The notes beneath the pieces are model-generated. The model was not told the DNA's origin. It worked only from the letters and a program-made list of their open reading frames with translations, and did no database searches. Of a DNA stretch of 64,000 nt, positions 12,753 through 27,874 are shown one piece after another. The position numbers and the translations under genes were made by a program. This DNA comes from Lama guanicoe (taxonomy: Eukaryota). The stretch lies in contig MU053934.1 in the NCBI GenBank assembly GCA_013239625.1, positions 5,536,399-5,600,398 on the forward strand. The letters run 5' to 3'. Every line of letters starts with the position of its first letter. Position 1 is the first letter of the stretch.

Positions 12753-13734
12753 AAATGAGAGGGGTTTTGTATGTATGGTTTCAAAGCATTTTGCATTGAA
12801 GGTGTTTCTGTGGCGCTGGTCCATCTCTGACATACAAGGAAGTGTCTTATGTTCTGACTCTTCACCATGGTTCTCAAGAGTCTACCACTCACTCAGTGCA
12901 CCAGTCACTTCAAATCTTGCACACCCTGACTCCACTCTGCCTTCTCTCCATGTCTTAATATCCTTTCACCTATGCTTTCTGGCTTCCTTCTCAAAAAAAA
13001 AGTTGATCTATTTATAACCAGGCCATTGCTAGTTTAATCAACACACTCTTCAATTTCTGGAAGAACTAACTACTCACAGTACTTTTGGCACTTTAGGTCC
13101 TCTCAGGAATTGTCAACAAGGCTAAAACGTTCTCTCTTGACTATCTAGGGTACTTGCTTTTTGTTTTTCTTGGTTTTGGGTTCAGAACCTTTTTGGATGC
13201 TTGAAGATGACAGAAAGTTGATCTCTAAATAACCAAATTACCATATGTATTTTCATGTCTAAGTCCACCTGCACTTAAGCAGAGCTGGCAGATAAATAAA
13301 ATACATTAAACTTCTCACTTCTCAAGAAGAACACAACAAAGATAACAAAACTTAAAATATTTTTATTAGAATCCCACAATAAATTGTTATTCAACTATCA
13401 ACAGTGCCTGGAACATGGTAGGCCCTTGATAAATATTTATTGAATGAATGGTTTAAGGAGATGACACGGCGCAGAGAAGGTAGGCTTTGGAGCCAGATCT
13501 GGATTTGTATGTCAGCTCCTACCTTTCTTAGCCACATGATCTTGGGATAAGTTTCTTAGCTTCTTGAAAGAGAAGCTAAGAAAATAGATGGCGAATATCA
13601 CCTATCTTTCAGAATGACCATGAAGAGATGTCACTGGTGGCATACTCAAATGTATGAACTGCTTTGTTGGTATTGGCTCTAGGTACTGCAAAAGCACAAA
13701 TTTAAGCAAAAGAAACAATTCAATAGTTCACAAC

Positions 13735-14830
13735 TCTTTTATGTATTTATTCAACACTTAGAGATGGCCCACTATGTGCCTGGCACTGCAGTTGCAAAAG
13801 ATACATTGGTGATCAAGACAGGCAGATCCCGGGGGGAGGGGATAGCTCAGTGGTAGAATGCATGTCTACCGTGCATGAGGTTGTGGGTTCAATTCCCAGT
13901 ACCTCCATTAAAAAAAGTAAGTAAAAACTAATTACCCCCCACCCCAACCCCGCAAAAAAAAAAAAAAAAAAAAAAAAAAAAGACAGCTCTCTGCCCTCAT
14001 GGAGCTGATATTCTAATAGGGAGAGTAGATAATAAAATAATAAATCAAATACGTGAACTATAAGATCTTAAAATATAATTAATATTTTTAGGGGAAAAAA
14101 GGAAAGGTAGATCAGAATAAAGGGAATCAGAAGTGTTGGGGGCAGAGGAGTTATAATTTTTAAGTAAGATGATTAGATGACTGAGAAAATGACACTAAAG
14201 CTAAGATTTGACAGCCAGGAGAGATTTAGCCATTCAGGTATCTAGAGGAAGAACATTTCAGAGAGAGGAAACAGCCAATTCAAAGGCCCTAAGACTGAAG
14301 CAGGACTGCCATATTCAAGGAACAGTAAGAAAGCTAGTGTGGCTGCAGCAGAGTGAGCAAGAGGGATACAGTAAGTGAGGTCAGAGAAGTTAACAGAAGA
14401 CCAGAAAATACAAGGCCTTACAGGCTTGTACTCAGAGTGGAATGGGGAACCACTGCAGGGGAGCCACTGCTTTTGAACAGAGGAGTGACATGATCTAACA
14501 GGTATAAAAAGAATGCTGTGCTGAGAATTAAAGGAAAAGGTAGAAGTTGGGAGATTGGTATGGAGGTACTAAATTAATCCAGGCAAGAGAGGACACCGGC
14601 TTGGACCACAACAGAAGCAGCAGAGGTGGGGAGAGGTGGTTGATTCTGGATATATTTTAAGGTAGGCCCGGTAAGTTTTCCTGGAAGACTGGATGAGGGG
14701 TATGAGAGAAAAATGAGAGTCCAAAGTTCTGATCAGAGCAACTAAAAGAGTAGAGTTGCCATCAAATAAGACAGGAAAAGCTACAGGTGGGGAAAAAGTT
14801 TAAAGAAGGAAACAAATAGATCTCTTTTAG
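13735..14830 (-). mobile_element. LINE-2 fragment carrying a SINE insertion
   Basis: ctatgtgcctggcactg...ctgccctcatggagctga...aggagtgacatgatct...gattctggatatattttaagg. Confidence 0.8.
13831..13981 (+). mobile_element. tRNA-derived SINE (Vic-1-like) inserted into an L2
   Basis: GGGGAGGGGATAGCTCAGTGGTAGA (A box)...GGTTCAATTCCCAG (B box), taattacccccc motif, long poly(A). Confidence 0.88.
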
Positions 14831-16924
14831 TTTTGTATATATTGGTTGAGATAGTTGACTTTCTAACATTTCCAACAGGTAAATAGGGTCAGATTGATGA
14901 AATAATGGTTTTTAAAAACATTTCCATTTTACTTTCTTGTAATATATGATAAACTGTAGGTTAGTCTGGCCTAGACTCTGCAGTTTTATAACAAATTAAT
15001 TTTAGCAGTTACAATATACAGGAAAAAAGGAATACTCATAATATACTTTGATGATGCTTCATTCCCAGTAACTGACTGCATCCTTTAAATCCTGAAAATC
15101 AAGAATGAAATCCATTCTACCTCACAGTCATAGGTAGGGGGTCAAATCTCAGTAAATGAGGAATAAATAATAAAAGACAATGTGCTCCTTGCATCTGTTA
15201 CCAACACTAAATTCTTCATGCTAACAGCAGCTGGAGGATTCCCGTGATCCTAACATAATCATCATCTTCAGGCTTACATACTCTTCTTGTTCTAAACACA
15301 ATTTGTTTCTCCTTCTGTTCCCCAGAAAGTCCCAAAAGAAGAGAATGGTCCAGAGCCTGGGAACAAATGCACCTAGAGAGGAGAACAATACAGAGAGGAG
15401 CCTACACACAACCAGCACTGTTTCCACATTCAGGGTCAAGGCCATTGGAGAAATCGCAAAATCACACCATCTCAGGGTTGGAAAGGGATCATCATGTGTC
15501 AACAAATATTTTCCAAGTGACCATGTGCTAGATGCTAAGGATACACAGATGATTATGACAAAATCCCTATTCAAGGCATTGTGTGCTAAGTACTTTACTA
15601 AAGAAATTAACTAAGGGTCATGGGAATACAAAGGCAGGAATAAAAGAGTAGATTTTCAAAATAAATTGCCAAGAATTAACACGGGGATCACCACATCCAC
15701 CATCTCCTACCAATCTTACATACAGAAGACTCAGGTGGTGATTCAGACCAAAGAGAAACCAACACTGCAGTCCTCTTAGAATCAGGGTCCTATTACCTTA
15801 CGTGGTTGGTTAAAGAAACATCTCCCTTTCATTTCTCCCCTCCCCCCACACACACAAACTAAAATCAAGAGAAAACACTGTTCTAGTCCAACCATTCACT
15901 CAGTGCCAATCTCTGAATTTTTACAAGATAGTACTTAAGCCTTTAAAATATTTGCTGAAAGAAAACAGTGCCTCCTCTTCCTGTCCTAAAGGAAATTTTA
16001 TTTCACGTAGGCTATCTACAGATGTCTAGGTTACAACTTTAACTTCTAGAATAAAGCTAACCATAACCACTTCCAAGCCATGTGACTTCCTCTGGCCCAA
16101 GTTCTAACCCCTCCACCTCCCCAGGCTTAGGAGTCTTTCTAGCTCTGACACTCTTTTCACTTTACTGCTAATTTTGACTCTCAGGAATCCAGCCACAATG
16201 TATCATGGGAATCCATTAATCCACAGACCATATTTCATCTTCATTTCCCAGACAAAATCTCAAAGGCCTGTAAAGCACAGTGTCAAAAGTATCATCTGTC
16301 TCTATACATCTCTAAAGGAAAAAAACTTATCTCTGACTTACGCGTTTTTACTTATTGGTAATCACTCTCTATCCAACAGAAACGTACTTCACCATAACAT
16401 ATTCCAGCAAACTGCTGCTATCTCAGCAATTACAATGGAGTATATGTGCTCAATAGTGAGTCAGGCTTGGGAGTGGTTTAGCACATGGAAATTCACCAGC
16501 TGGGATCTACAATTAGATTCAAGGAGGCAAGTGGAATTTTTCTATCAGGTTTTTCCAAGAGTTAACTAGTTCTTAAATTGATTATACCTCTCTGAAGTAT
16601 TTACAGATGAAATTATATAATGTCTGGGACTTGTTTTTTAAATATTAAGGTGGAAGAGGGGAGTAAGGTTAAATAAGATTGGCCATGTGTTAATAATTGT
16701 TGAATCTGGATGATAGGTTCATGGTGGTGGTTCATTTTATTATTCTCTTTACTTACCCAGGTGTTTGAAAAAGTCTATAATAAAGATTTAATTTCTAAAA
16801 AAAATTTCAACTTACATTATGATCTGGTTAACTTGGAAAACAAAATGATTCTCGGAACCAATGAGCTCCATAATCTACTAGAATAAAAATTGTTCATTAC
16901 TTATGTATATCTTGATTCTAACAC

Positions 16925-17780
16925 TCATTTCTCACTGAACAAATATTTATTGAGCACAACTAGAGCAGATGCCTGGCACCAACCTGAGTACTGAGGATAC
17001 AATGATAAACTAAATTCTCTCTCCCTCAAGGAACCCAGTAAGGAATCTGCTTTATGAAAGAGGCAAGCAGTGGTGTCACAGACCAAACAAGAGGGAGATC
17101 TAATCCAACTCTGGCCAATCAGGGAAAGATTTCCAGGTACCACCTAAGTTAATTCTGAAAGACTGAACCCAGAGAAGCAAATCATTTTTTCCCCATGTCG
17201 ACCTTTATCATCTTACAGACTGTCAGATCAGCAAGAAAATGCCTGTTCCTTTATGAAACAAAGTATCTATTTCTCTATAAAGCAGAACTGAAACTGTCAT
17301 TTATTCAACAAATATGTATTAAATACCTATCACGTGCCAGCATGTGCTAGACAAAAAAGATAAAACACGGTCTCTGCCCTACTGGGGTTTACAATCTCAG
17401 AGCGTAGAAAGACAAACAAGTAAGGAAGCCCATCAAGCAGAAAACTAATTACAAACTTCACCAAGTTACAAAGAAAACAAAGAGAAAGAACTTTGTGGGC
17501 AGAAAGTATCCACTTTTTAAATAAGGTGCTAAGGAAAGTTGAACAACTGAAATAAGACCAAGGGATGATAATGTAACTGACTGAAGGGGAAAGGGACGCA
17601 GGACCAGGTAGTGAGATGACCTCAGATAAAGCACGCGTGCAAGGTAGGTCATAGGAAGAAATCTATTTTACTCTAAACGGAAATGGTTGGAGTTGACGGT
17701 TTTAAGCAGAGAAGTGACATGATTCAGTTTATATTTTTAAGATCACTCTTGCTACTCTGGAGAGAACAAGATTGGAATAG
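16925..17780 (-). mobile_element. LINE-2 fragments
   Basis: aacaaatatttattgagcac; ttcaacaaatatgtattaaatacctat; gaagtgacatgatt...aagatcactct. Confidence 0.7.
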
Positions 17781-19979
17781 AACAATAAATTTTGCCTAGA
17801 GGAATTTTAGATGAGTAAAACCAAAACACCAAAACCGACTTCGGCCAATGAAAATCATCTTTGCATTCTGTTACCAATCTAAAATCTTTTAAATTGCCCT
17901 ACTTAGTCCAGGCTTCACCTACAGTTTTGTTTTGTTTTTAACGCTTACTACCAATGGTCATGATCTCTGAGGCACTCTGGGAAGCTGAAACAAGCCCAGA
18001 TGCCTCGGGGTTAGCATTTTTCTCATTCTCTAATTGCCGAAGTCAGATTAATTTTCATTTACTCATCTCCTAATCCACAATCAGCTTCTTGACTGAAAGG
18101 TAAGGAGTAGGGAACTTCCTCAAGTTTTTCAGGCAACAATAAGCTATACTGAACATCTGATAAGGAATGCGATTGCACAACCTTTCTTATTGCCAACTAT
18201 GTTCCAGGTGGGAACTCCACTATGAAAGCAATTCTAATTTTCCTGTCCAAGTTGGCTAGATCTCAGAAAGCTGCCTAAAGCAAACCCATTTAATTCTGCT
18301 TTTAAAAAAGTTTCCTCATTCCAAAGTCTAAACAAGAATAAATTTCTAATAGCTTTTGTAATTGATAAGGAAAAAAAAATAAATTCCATTGTCAATCCCT
18401 GGGACATGCGGCTAAGCAATCTTCATAAAGGCACTAACAAACTAACTTACACTCGAAGAGATTTTACTCAATTATTTGAAAAAATAAGAATGGAAGGAGG
18501 AGCGACAGTCTTTGAAGCTTTACGCACATCATTTCACTAAACCTTGATATTATTCCTACGAGAGAAGTATATCCCCTTTTACCAATAAGGAACAGGGCCC
18601 AGAGAAGTTGACACTAGCCCAGGGTCACAAAACTATTAAGCAGCTTCCATGGTCCATACTCTTTCCATTAAACAAATGTTTAAACAGAGATCAAAATTAT
18701 AGAAAGTCTTCCACATGGCTAATGTACTAGTGGATAAACAAGTTTATACGTGTGTGTTTCATCGGGAGGTCTAATCACCAACTGTAACACTTTTTCAGTG
18801 GGGAAGGTGTTCAGGATTCCTACTTAGAGTCACACCAGCAGAAAGCACCTCTGAAGAGATAACGGATTTGGGTGGCAAAACCAAACCAGGCTATTTGCAA
18901 TTAATGAAATTAAAGGAGCTCCTCCTTGAAGGCATCATATACTTTTTTAGGACTAGTAGCAGTGACTCTCTAACAAAAGCTTATAGGGACTCATATACAA
19001 GGACCACTCAGTCCCAAGTCCAGTAATATCTAAGTGATTTAGGGCGGTGAGACTGAGCAACACATACATGCAAAAACAACTATTTCATCAACAAATAAAA
19101 TAAGATAGCATACACAAAAACACCTAACAGTGGCTAGCATAAAACAGATACTCAATAAAAACAAGTTTCTTCCACTCTCTACTCTGAGCTATTTGTACAA
19201 AAAAAACAACAAATAACTGCTGGATGGAGCGATAACATCTTCCTTAGTTGGGAAAATTAATGAAATTCTCTTTCTCTCAAACCCAGCCAAGTTGAGTTTG
19301 TCTGTTTGGGCCCACATTTGCTAAGAACAACAGGGACACAACCAGCCACATCTCAGAAGTCAGAAGTCTTCTCTTAAGGATTATTTTATTTCCTCCATCA
19401 TCCAGCTGCACAGCAAGTGGACAACAAGGTATCTTCAAAACAAGTTGTGCTGAGTACAACACAACTCAGCAAAACCACCAAACCGTCACTGCAATCTGCA
19501 TAACAATCTGCATTCCTCCACTTCTAGGATCACGGAGTGGTCATACACAACCTGGCATATTAAATCATGACTAAATACCTCACACTAGGGCAAATTATTC
19601 TTCAGCTATTTCAATGGTTTAACTTTTGAAATGGAATGATCTTTTCCATAAAATATTCTTTTAAGTTAATTCTATCATTTAGATGCTTCTGAGATTCAGA
19701 CTCTGAGATTAACAATCTCCTACTGTAATTAAAGTTGAGATAGTGTGAAATGGTAATGACTGCCAGAGCAAATACAGTGACAAATTAAGGATCAAATGGA
19801 AACCACAGAAGGGACTTTAGGGGTCATGCAACTTAATGCTCTTATTTTACAGAGGAAAGACACTCACACCAAAGAGGTTAGACAACTTGTTCAATATTAC
19901 ACAGCTTATTAATGACAAAATGAGGGTTTTTTTAAAACCCCAAGCCTACTGATGCCTTGTGGGCCAGCCTGACCTCTCT

Positions 19980-20180
19980 CTAATAATAATAACTATAACT
20001 TATCAGGTAAATACAATGTGTCAGGTGTTGTACTAAAGGTTTTACATATGTGATCTCATTTAATCTCACCACAATCCTATGAGACAGGCATTATCAAACC
20101 ATTTTCTAAATGAGGAGACCAGGATTCAAACCTAAGTCTGTCTGATGCCAAAGTCTTGATTTCGCCACTACAGTATGCCT
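19980..20180 (-). mobile_element. MIR SINE
   Basis: tctcatttaatctcaccacaatcctatgag...aaatgaggagacc...ggattcaaacctaagtctgtctga. Confidence 0.75.
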
Positions 20181-21554
20181 TTCTACTTTCCATTCATTCA
20201 TTCATTCATTCATCAAATACTCGCTAAGCAAGTACAAAGGGTCAGATATTGTCTCAGCCTTAGGGATACTAGTGATGAAGACAGACAGGGCCCCTGCCCT
20301 TCTGGCACTTACGGTAACAAGTGAAAAAAATAAGCACTTTGGGTATGACTGATAAGTGTTGCGGGAGAAAAAATCAGTAATGTGAATAACAACTACAGAC
20401 ACTATTATGCTACCAATCACATAAGAAAACACTGAAAATGTAAATATTACCACTTTATACCCATTAGGATGTCTACCATGGAAAAAAAAAACAACCCAGA
20501 AAATAACAAGCATTGATAAGAATGTGGAGAAATTGGAACCCTTGTGCACTGTTGGTAGGAATGTAAAATGAAAGTGAATTTAATCTTAGGTAGTGAAATG
20601 ACTAAACAAGATTCTGAATCCTTCAAAGATAACAGGTATTTGAAACAGTATATTCTGAAGGGTAGGTAAACTAGTGTCCTTTTTCTTTAGTATATTAATT
20701 CTAGCACAGGCATAAGTAGGAACAATTTTAATCAGAGAAACCTGTCAATGAGGATAATAGAGCTTTCCAAATTAAAATAAACTATCAAGATTACACACGT
20801 ATGCAACTCCAGTGGCCATTTCTTTTTTCCTCATTCTCACATTCCTGTTAAATTTCTTTCAGTCAGTTCCTCTGATATCTCAGCACAGAGACAAACTCTG
20901 ACTATTGCACAGGTAAAGGCAGTTCATTAAGCTCTCTTACTGGACTCAGATTGCTGCTGCTGGAACTGCCTCCTCTTAAGTTTCTGGGCTTTTATCAGAT
21001 AGAAGCAGCTCTTAATCTCCCTGGCTTCCTTTTCAGGGGACTGTGCCAAGAAAAGGCAAAGGAGAAAAGACCGAGGTCCACAGTTATCTAAAGCACTGTA
21101 CTTTTATCCATTATGGATTGTGAGCTGCATGTTATTCACCTTCAAGCTAGAATGTACCATCAATCTTCTTTATTAAACCTGCTTGGTTCAGATCTTATAT
21201 TAGATACATGAGAGAAAATGGTAGAGCCACTATTCCCCCAATGAACTATAACATTAATAGGAAAAAAGGGTCCTGGTGGGGAAAAAAAATGTTAAGTATA
21301 AAAAGAGAAATGATAAGAAGGTACCACCAGGAGAGGAGAGTCTGAAAACAATGGCCTGATTCGTACTCAAGGTACTACTGCCAGAAGAAGCCAAATAATT
21401 AACGCCATAAAATGACTGGAGTTAGAAAACTTCAGGGGGATAAAGGATGGGATATTTTCTTGCAACGGAGCTGCAACATCCATTAAACAGAAATCTGAAG
21501 ACCTATTACAGGCTAGGCACTCTTGCAGTGAGCGCACGGGTGAGGGTATAGTTC

Positions 21555-21645
21555 AGCTGTTAGAAACTGGCTGACCTCAACCAAAGCTGGCACGCAAACA
21601 TCTTTTGTCCAGAGAGTGTTGGCCTGCAGAGAATTTTAAAAACCA
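21555..21645 (+). mobile_element. MER102-like hAT-Charlie DNA transposon, fragment 1
   Basis: aaactggc...tgttggcctgcag resembles the MER102 5' part and continues at 23372. Confidence 0.55.
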
Positions 21646-22505
21646 GCTCTGAGGTATAATTTACTTACAATCAAATGCACACATTTGAAGTGCACAGTTT
21701 CAAGGAGTTCAACGGGTTTTGACAAATGTACAGTACCATGTAGTCACCATGCTGAATCAAGGAAAGAAGTCATCCCTCATGTCCTTTCACAATCTCTGCC
21801 CTCCTACCCCCAGACAACCACTGACCTAATTTCTATTACTATAAATTCATTCTGCCTATTCTAAAACGTTAATATAAATGAAACCATACAATAAGTTCTC
21901 TTTTGTGTCTCACTTCTTTCCCTCAACATGTTTTTGAGATTCACATTGCCACATCTATTGATAATTCACTATTTATCCATGGTTTGTTTATCTGCTCACC
22001 TGCTGATGGTGGTGGCATTTGGGTCGTTTTCAATTTTGGGGCTATTATGAATAAAGCTACCATAAGCATTAAGGTGATCTTTTTGTGAAAATGTTTTCAT
22101 TTCTCTTAGATAATAAACATCAAGGGGCAGGACTGCTGGGTTGTCTGGTAATTACGTGTGTAACTTTATGAGAAACTAACTGTTTTCCAAAGTGGTGGTA
22201 CCATTTCAAATTCCCACCAGCAACATACATTAATTCTAATTGTTTCACATCCTCACCAACACTTGGAATTGTCTTTTTTTTTTCCCCTTAATTTTAGATA
22301 TTCTAGTGGGAATGAAGTGGTATCATACTGTGGTTTCATTTTGTATCTTCCTGGTAACTAACGATGCTGAGCATCTTTTCACATGCTTTTGGAAACATTC
22401 AAATATATTTTCTTCTGTGAAGTGTCTATTCAAACTTTTGCTCATTTTTAATTGGGCCATTAGTCATATTAAATTTTTAAATTTTTTACATATTCTGGAT
22501 TTAAG

Positions 22506-22549
<44 letters not shown>

Positions 22550-23371
22550 TACATGTGTGTTTGTGAATATTTCCTCCAAGTCTGTGGCTTATCTTTTCAT
22601 TTTCTTACACTGTATTTTGTAGGACTAAATGTTTTACTGTTGATAAAGTCTGATTTATCAATTTTTTCTTTTATGGTTAGTGCTTTTTGTATCCTAAAAA
22701 TTCTCTGCGTATCTCAAGGCCACAAAGATTTTTCTCTTATAATTTCATCCATAAATCTTATGGTTTTAGTGTGTATGTTTAGGTCTATGAGCCACTTCAA
22801 GTTAATTTTTGTTTATAGTGTGACAGAGAGTTTAAGCTTCATTTCTTTACATACAAATATCCAATTGTTCCAGCAATATTTGTTGAAAAGACTATCCTTT
22901 CCCCTACTGAACTGTGTTTTAGCCTTTGCTGAAAAATCAACTAACCACATGTGTCCCTTTCAGGACTCTTTATTGTGGTCAGTGATCCATATGTTTATTT
23001 TTATACCAATAAAGACACACTGTCTTTATTACTTTAGTTTTATAATGTCTTGAAATCAGGTAATTTAATTCCTCCAAATTTGTTCTTCCACTCCCAAAGA
23101 TTTTTGCTATTCTAAATCCTTTGCATTTCCACATTTTAGATTCAGCATGTCAATTTCTACAAAAAAGTCTGTAGGAGTTTAGACTGTAAACACACTGAAT
23201 CTTTAGATTTTGGGGGGGAAGACTGAACTGTTTAACAATATTAGGTCTTTCAAAGAGTGAATATGATACATCTACACTTATTTAGGTCCTCTTTAATTTT
23301 TCTCAGCAATGCTTTATGATTTTTTTGTGTAAAGGTTTTACATATATTTCATTAAATTTATTCCTAAGTAC
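21646..23371 (-). mobile_element. Old LINE-1 (L1M-type) 3' portion
   Basis: Typical antisense L1 sequence (gaggtataatttac...aaatgcacacatttgaagtgcacag; ttccagcaatatttgttgaaaagactatcctttcccc). Contains an internal (GT)n. Confidence 0.88.
22508..22547. repeat. (GT)n microsatellite, ~20 units
   Basis: Directly visible. Confidence 0.97.
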
Positions 23372-23444
23372 AGAAATCTTTTAAATTCAAATTGGTTGTC
23401 AACATTTTTAAAAGAGAGTAAATTCACAATTTAAAAAAATCCAG
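23372..23444 (+). mobile_element. MER102-like fragment 2
   Basis: aattggttgtcaacattttta...ttcacaatttaaaaaaatccag matches the recalled MER102 middle section. Confidence 0.65.
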
Positions 23445-25089
<1,645 letters not shown>

Positions 25090-25300
25090 GCCAGATTTCT
25101 GCCTTCCCTTGAAAAAAATGAGAAGATCAGCAGTTCTGGGCCTGTACTCCCACATATCAACAATTTACCAAAACTGAGTAGTGGTTACCCTGTTAGACAG
25201 GGCACATTCTCTCCAATTTGCCATAGTTCCTACCACTCCTTATTATAATCCCTAATCTGCCCAGTTCCATTGATGTAAATTACCTGCCTGCAGCCTACAG
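25090..25300 (+). mobile_element. MER102-like fragment 3
   Basis: ccagatttctgccttcccttgaaaaaaatgagaagatc...ctgagtag...ttacctgcctg continues the element directly after the ARF4 poly(A). Confidence 0.72.
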
Positions 25301-25578
25301 ACAGTGAAAGGTTTAGGGAAAGAGGAAGAGTGATATGATTAGATTTGCATTTGAAACTCCAGCTTCAGTGTGGAGAAATGATTAGCATCAGAGGGAAAGG
25401 ATGGAAACAGGAAAATTAGCCAAAAATTTATTGACGTGGTCCTGGAAAGAGCATGGCTTGGACTAGCGTGAGTGGTTTTAGTAGCCTAGTCCCGTAATCA
25501 TGTAAGGAACAAATCCTTATAATAAGCCCCATAATCTTCTACTGGTTCTGTTTCTTTGGTTGAATCCTGACTGATATA

Positions 25579-27093
25579 GATTTTGATATCCTGAAGTAGA
25601 GCGCTGCTGTAACAAATTCTGAAAAATATGGAAATGGCTTTGAAGTTTGATAATGGGTATAGGCCAGAAGAATTTTGAAAAGCATCATTTAAGGAGCTTA
25701 GGTTGCCTTAAACAGATAGTTGGTAGAAATATGGACACTGAAGGCACTCCTGGTAAGAGCTCAGAAGGAAGTGAGAGGCACAACAGAGAAAGCCTGTATT
25801 ATTTCAGAGAATATATATGTCATCATGAACAGAAGACTGGTAAAAATACGAACATTAAAGGTGCTTCTGGTGAGAACTCAGAATGAAATGAGAAATGTTA
25901 CTAGGAACTGGAAGAAAAACAATCCTTTTCAGATAGTGGCAAAAAACAAACAAACAAACAAAAAAACCTTGGCTGAATTTTGTCCTACAGTTGGGTGAAA
26001 AGCAGAACTTGGATATTTAGCTTAGATAAGTGATGAACTTGGATATTTAGCTAAGGAAAATTTCAAGCAACAAGTTGAAGGTGTAGCCTGATTTCCTCTT
26101 GTTGCTTGCAGTTAAAAGCAAGAGGAAAGATAAACTGATGGGCAAGATGTTAAACAAAAGAAAGCAGAATGTGATGATTTGGGAAATTCTCAGTTTATCT
26201 AGAGTCAAAAGATGCTAAAATTAGGAGAGACTATCAAGAAAGCACTGCTGCGGAGAGAAAACCAAGAGTGTGGCTAGACAAGCTTTTACTAGTGCTGAGA
26301 GATCACACACGTAACTCAGGGATTCCTTCAACCAACCATCCAAGCAGAAGCTAGGAAGAGACATAATGTTATCCAGGGAAGACCTATGAAGGACCCTCCT
26401 GTCTAGAATCCCTGACACATACACAGGAGACTCAAAAGATTTCTGAGAATGTTTTATTAGCAGGAACACTGCCAGCTTGGCCTGAAAGGGACAGAAAGAG
26501 AACAAAATAAAGGAAGGCTGTTGGACTCCCAAAATTCTACAGGCAATTTAACTACTAATAAGACTACTCAGCTGCAAACATGTGCTACCCTTTAAGAAAA
26601 AGTAAAGATAACCCCAAGAACAAATCCTTGGGCCCAGAAGCCAGAGCCACAGGCCCAGAGGGTAGTCTCTAGCCACAGGGGATTACTCCAGTCTTTGAAA
26701 CCTAAGAAATTTTCCCTGCTGAATTCTGAAAGTGCTTGGGATCAGTGACACACTTATTCCTTGCATTTTCTCCTTTTTGGAATGAGAATGTCTGTCACAG
26801 TCATATTTTATCCCACCCCTGTATTTTGGGAATGTAACTTGTTTTCTAGTTTCCCAGGTCCACAGGTGGAAAGAAATTTTTGCCCCAAGATGGATTGTAC
26901 CCAAAGTCTTACCTACACCTGATTTAGATGATTTATTTGATGAGACTTTGGATTTTTGAGCTGATGATATTTGGACGAGACCTTGGACTTGAGCTAATGC
27001 TGCAATGGGTTGGGACTCTGGGGAATGCTGAGATAGCATGAATGTATTTTGCATGTGGGATTGATGTGAATCTTTGGGGTCCAAAAGGCAGAT
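25579..27093 (+). mobile_element. MaLR (MLT1) internal sequence
   Basis: Begins gattttg...gctgctgtaacaaat...tggaaatggctttgaa and ends gaatgtattttgcatgtggga...tgaatctttggggtcc...; only decayed ORF remnants. Confidence 0.8.
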
Positions 27094-27539
27094 TGTGGCA
27101 GACTGAAAAATAGCCCCCTAAAAGATATCCACATCCTCTATATCCTAATCTCTGGGACCTGTGAATGTTACTTACATGGCAAAAAAGGGGGAGGGGGATA
27201 TTTTTGCAGATGTGATTAAATTAAGGATCTTGAGATGTGGAGATCATCCTGGATTATCTGGGTAAGCCTTAGATGCAATCACATGTCTTTGAGCGGCAGA
27301 GAGAGATCTGCCAAACACAGAGAAGATGTGCAGAGAGAAATTTGAAGATGCTGGCCTTGAAGACTGAGAGACACTGCCTCAAGCCAAGGAATGCCAGCAG
27401 TCACCAGAAGCTGGAAGAGGCGAGGAACAGACTCTCCCCTGAGGCCTCTGGAAGGACTGCAGTTCTGCAGCTGACACCCCAGTTTCAGCCAGGTGAAACT
27501 GGTTTCAGACCTCTGACCTTCAGAACTGTAAGAGAATAA

Positions 27540-27822
27540 GGGGGAGGGTATATCTCAGTGGTAGAGTGTGTGCCTAGCATGCCCAAGGTCCTGGGTTCCA
27601 TCCCCAGTACCTCCATCAAAAGTAAGTAAGTAAGTAAGTAAGTAAATAAATAAATAAATAAATAAATGTCTGTATGTAATTACCTACCCCTCAAAAAAAA
27701 AAAAAGGAGGAGGAGGAAGAAGAGGAAGAAGAGGAGGAAGAGGAAGAGGAGGAAGAGGAGGAAGGAGGAGAGGGAGAGGAAGAGGAAGAGGAGGAGGAAG
27801 AGGAAGAGGAAGAGGAAGAAGA

Positions 27823-27861
<39 letters not shown>

Positions 27862-27874
27862 AGAAGAAGAAGAA
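27540..27874 (+). mobile_element. tRNA-derived SINE (Vic-1-like) with expanded simple-repeat tail
   Basis: A/B box head, internal (TAAG)n(TAAA)n, tail of A then GAG/GAA repeats. Perfect 16-bp TSD aactgtaagagaataa at 27524-27539 and 27875-27890. Confidence 0.92.
27693..27874 (+). repeat. Pure polypurine tract: A-run, then (GAG/GAA)-mixed, ending in a (GAA)n run
   Basis: About 180 nt containing only A and G on the + strand. Confidence 0.97.

Noticed and set aside
26004..26053. Short direct repeat gaacttggatatttagct x2
   Set aside because: Local slippage duplication inside a decayed MaLR internal region. Only two copies, so not an array.
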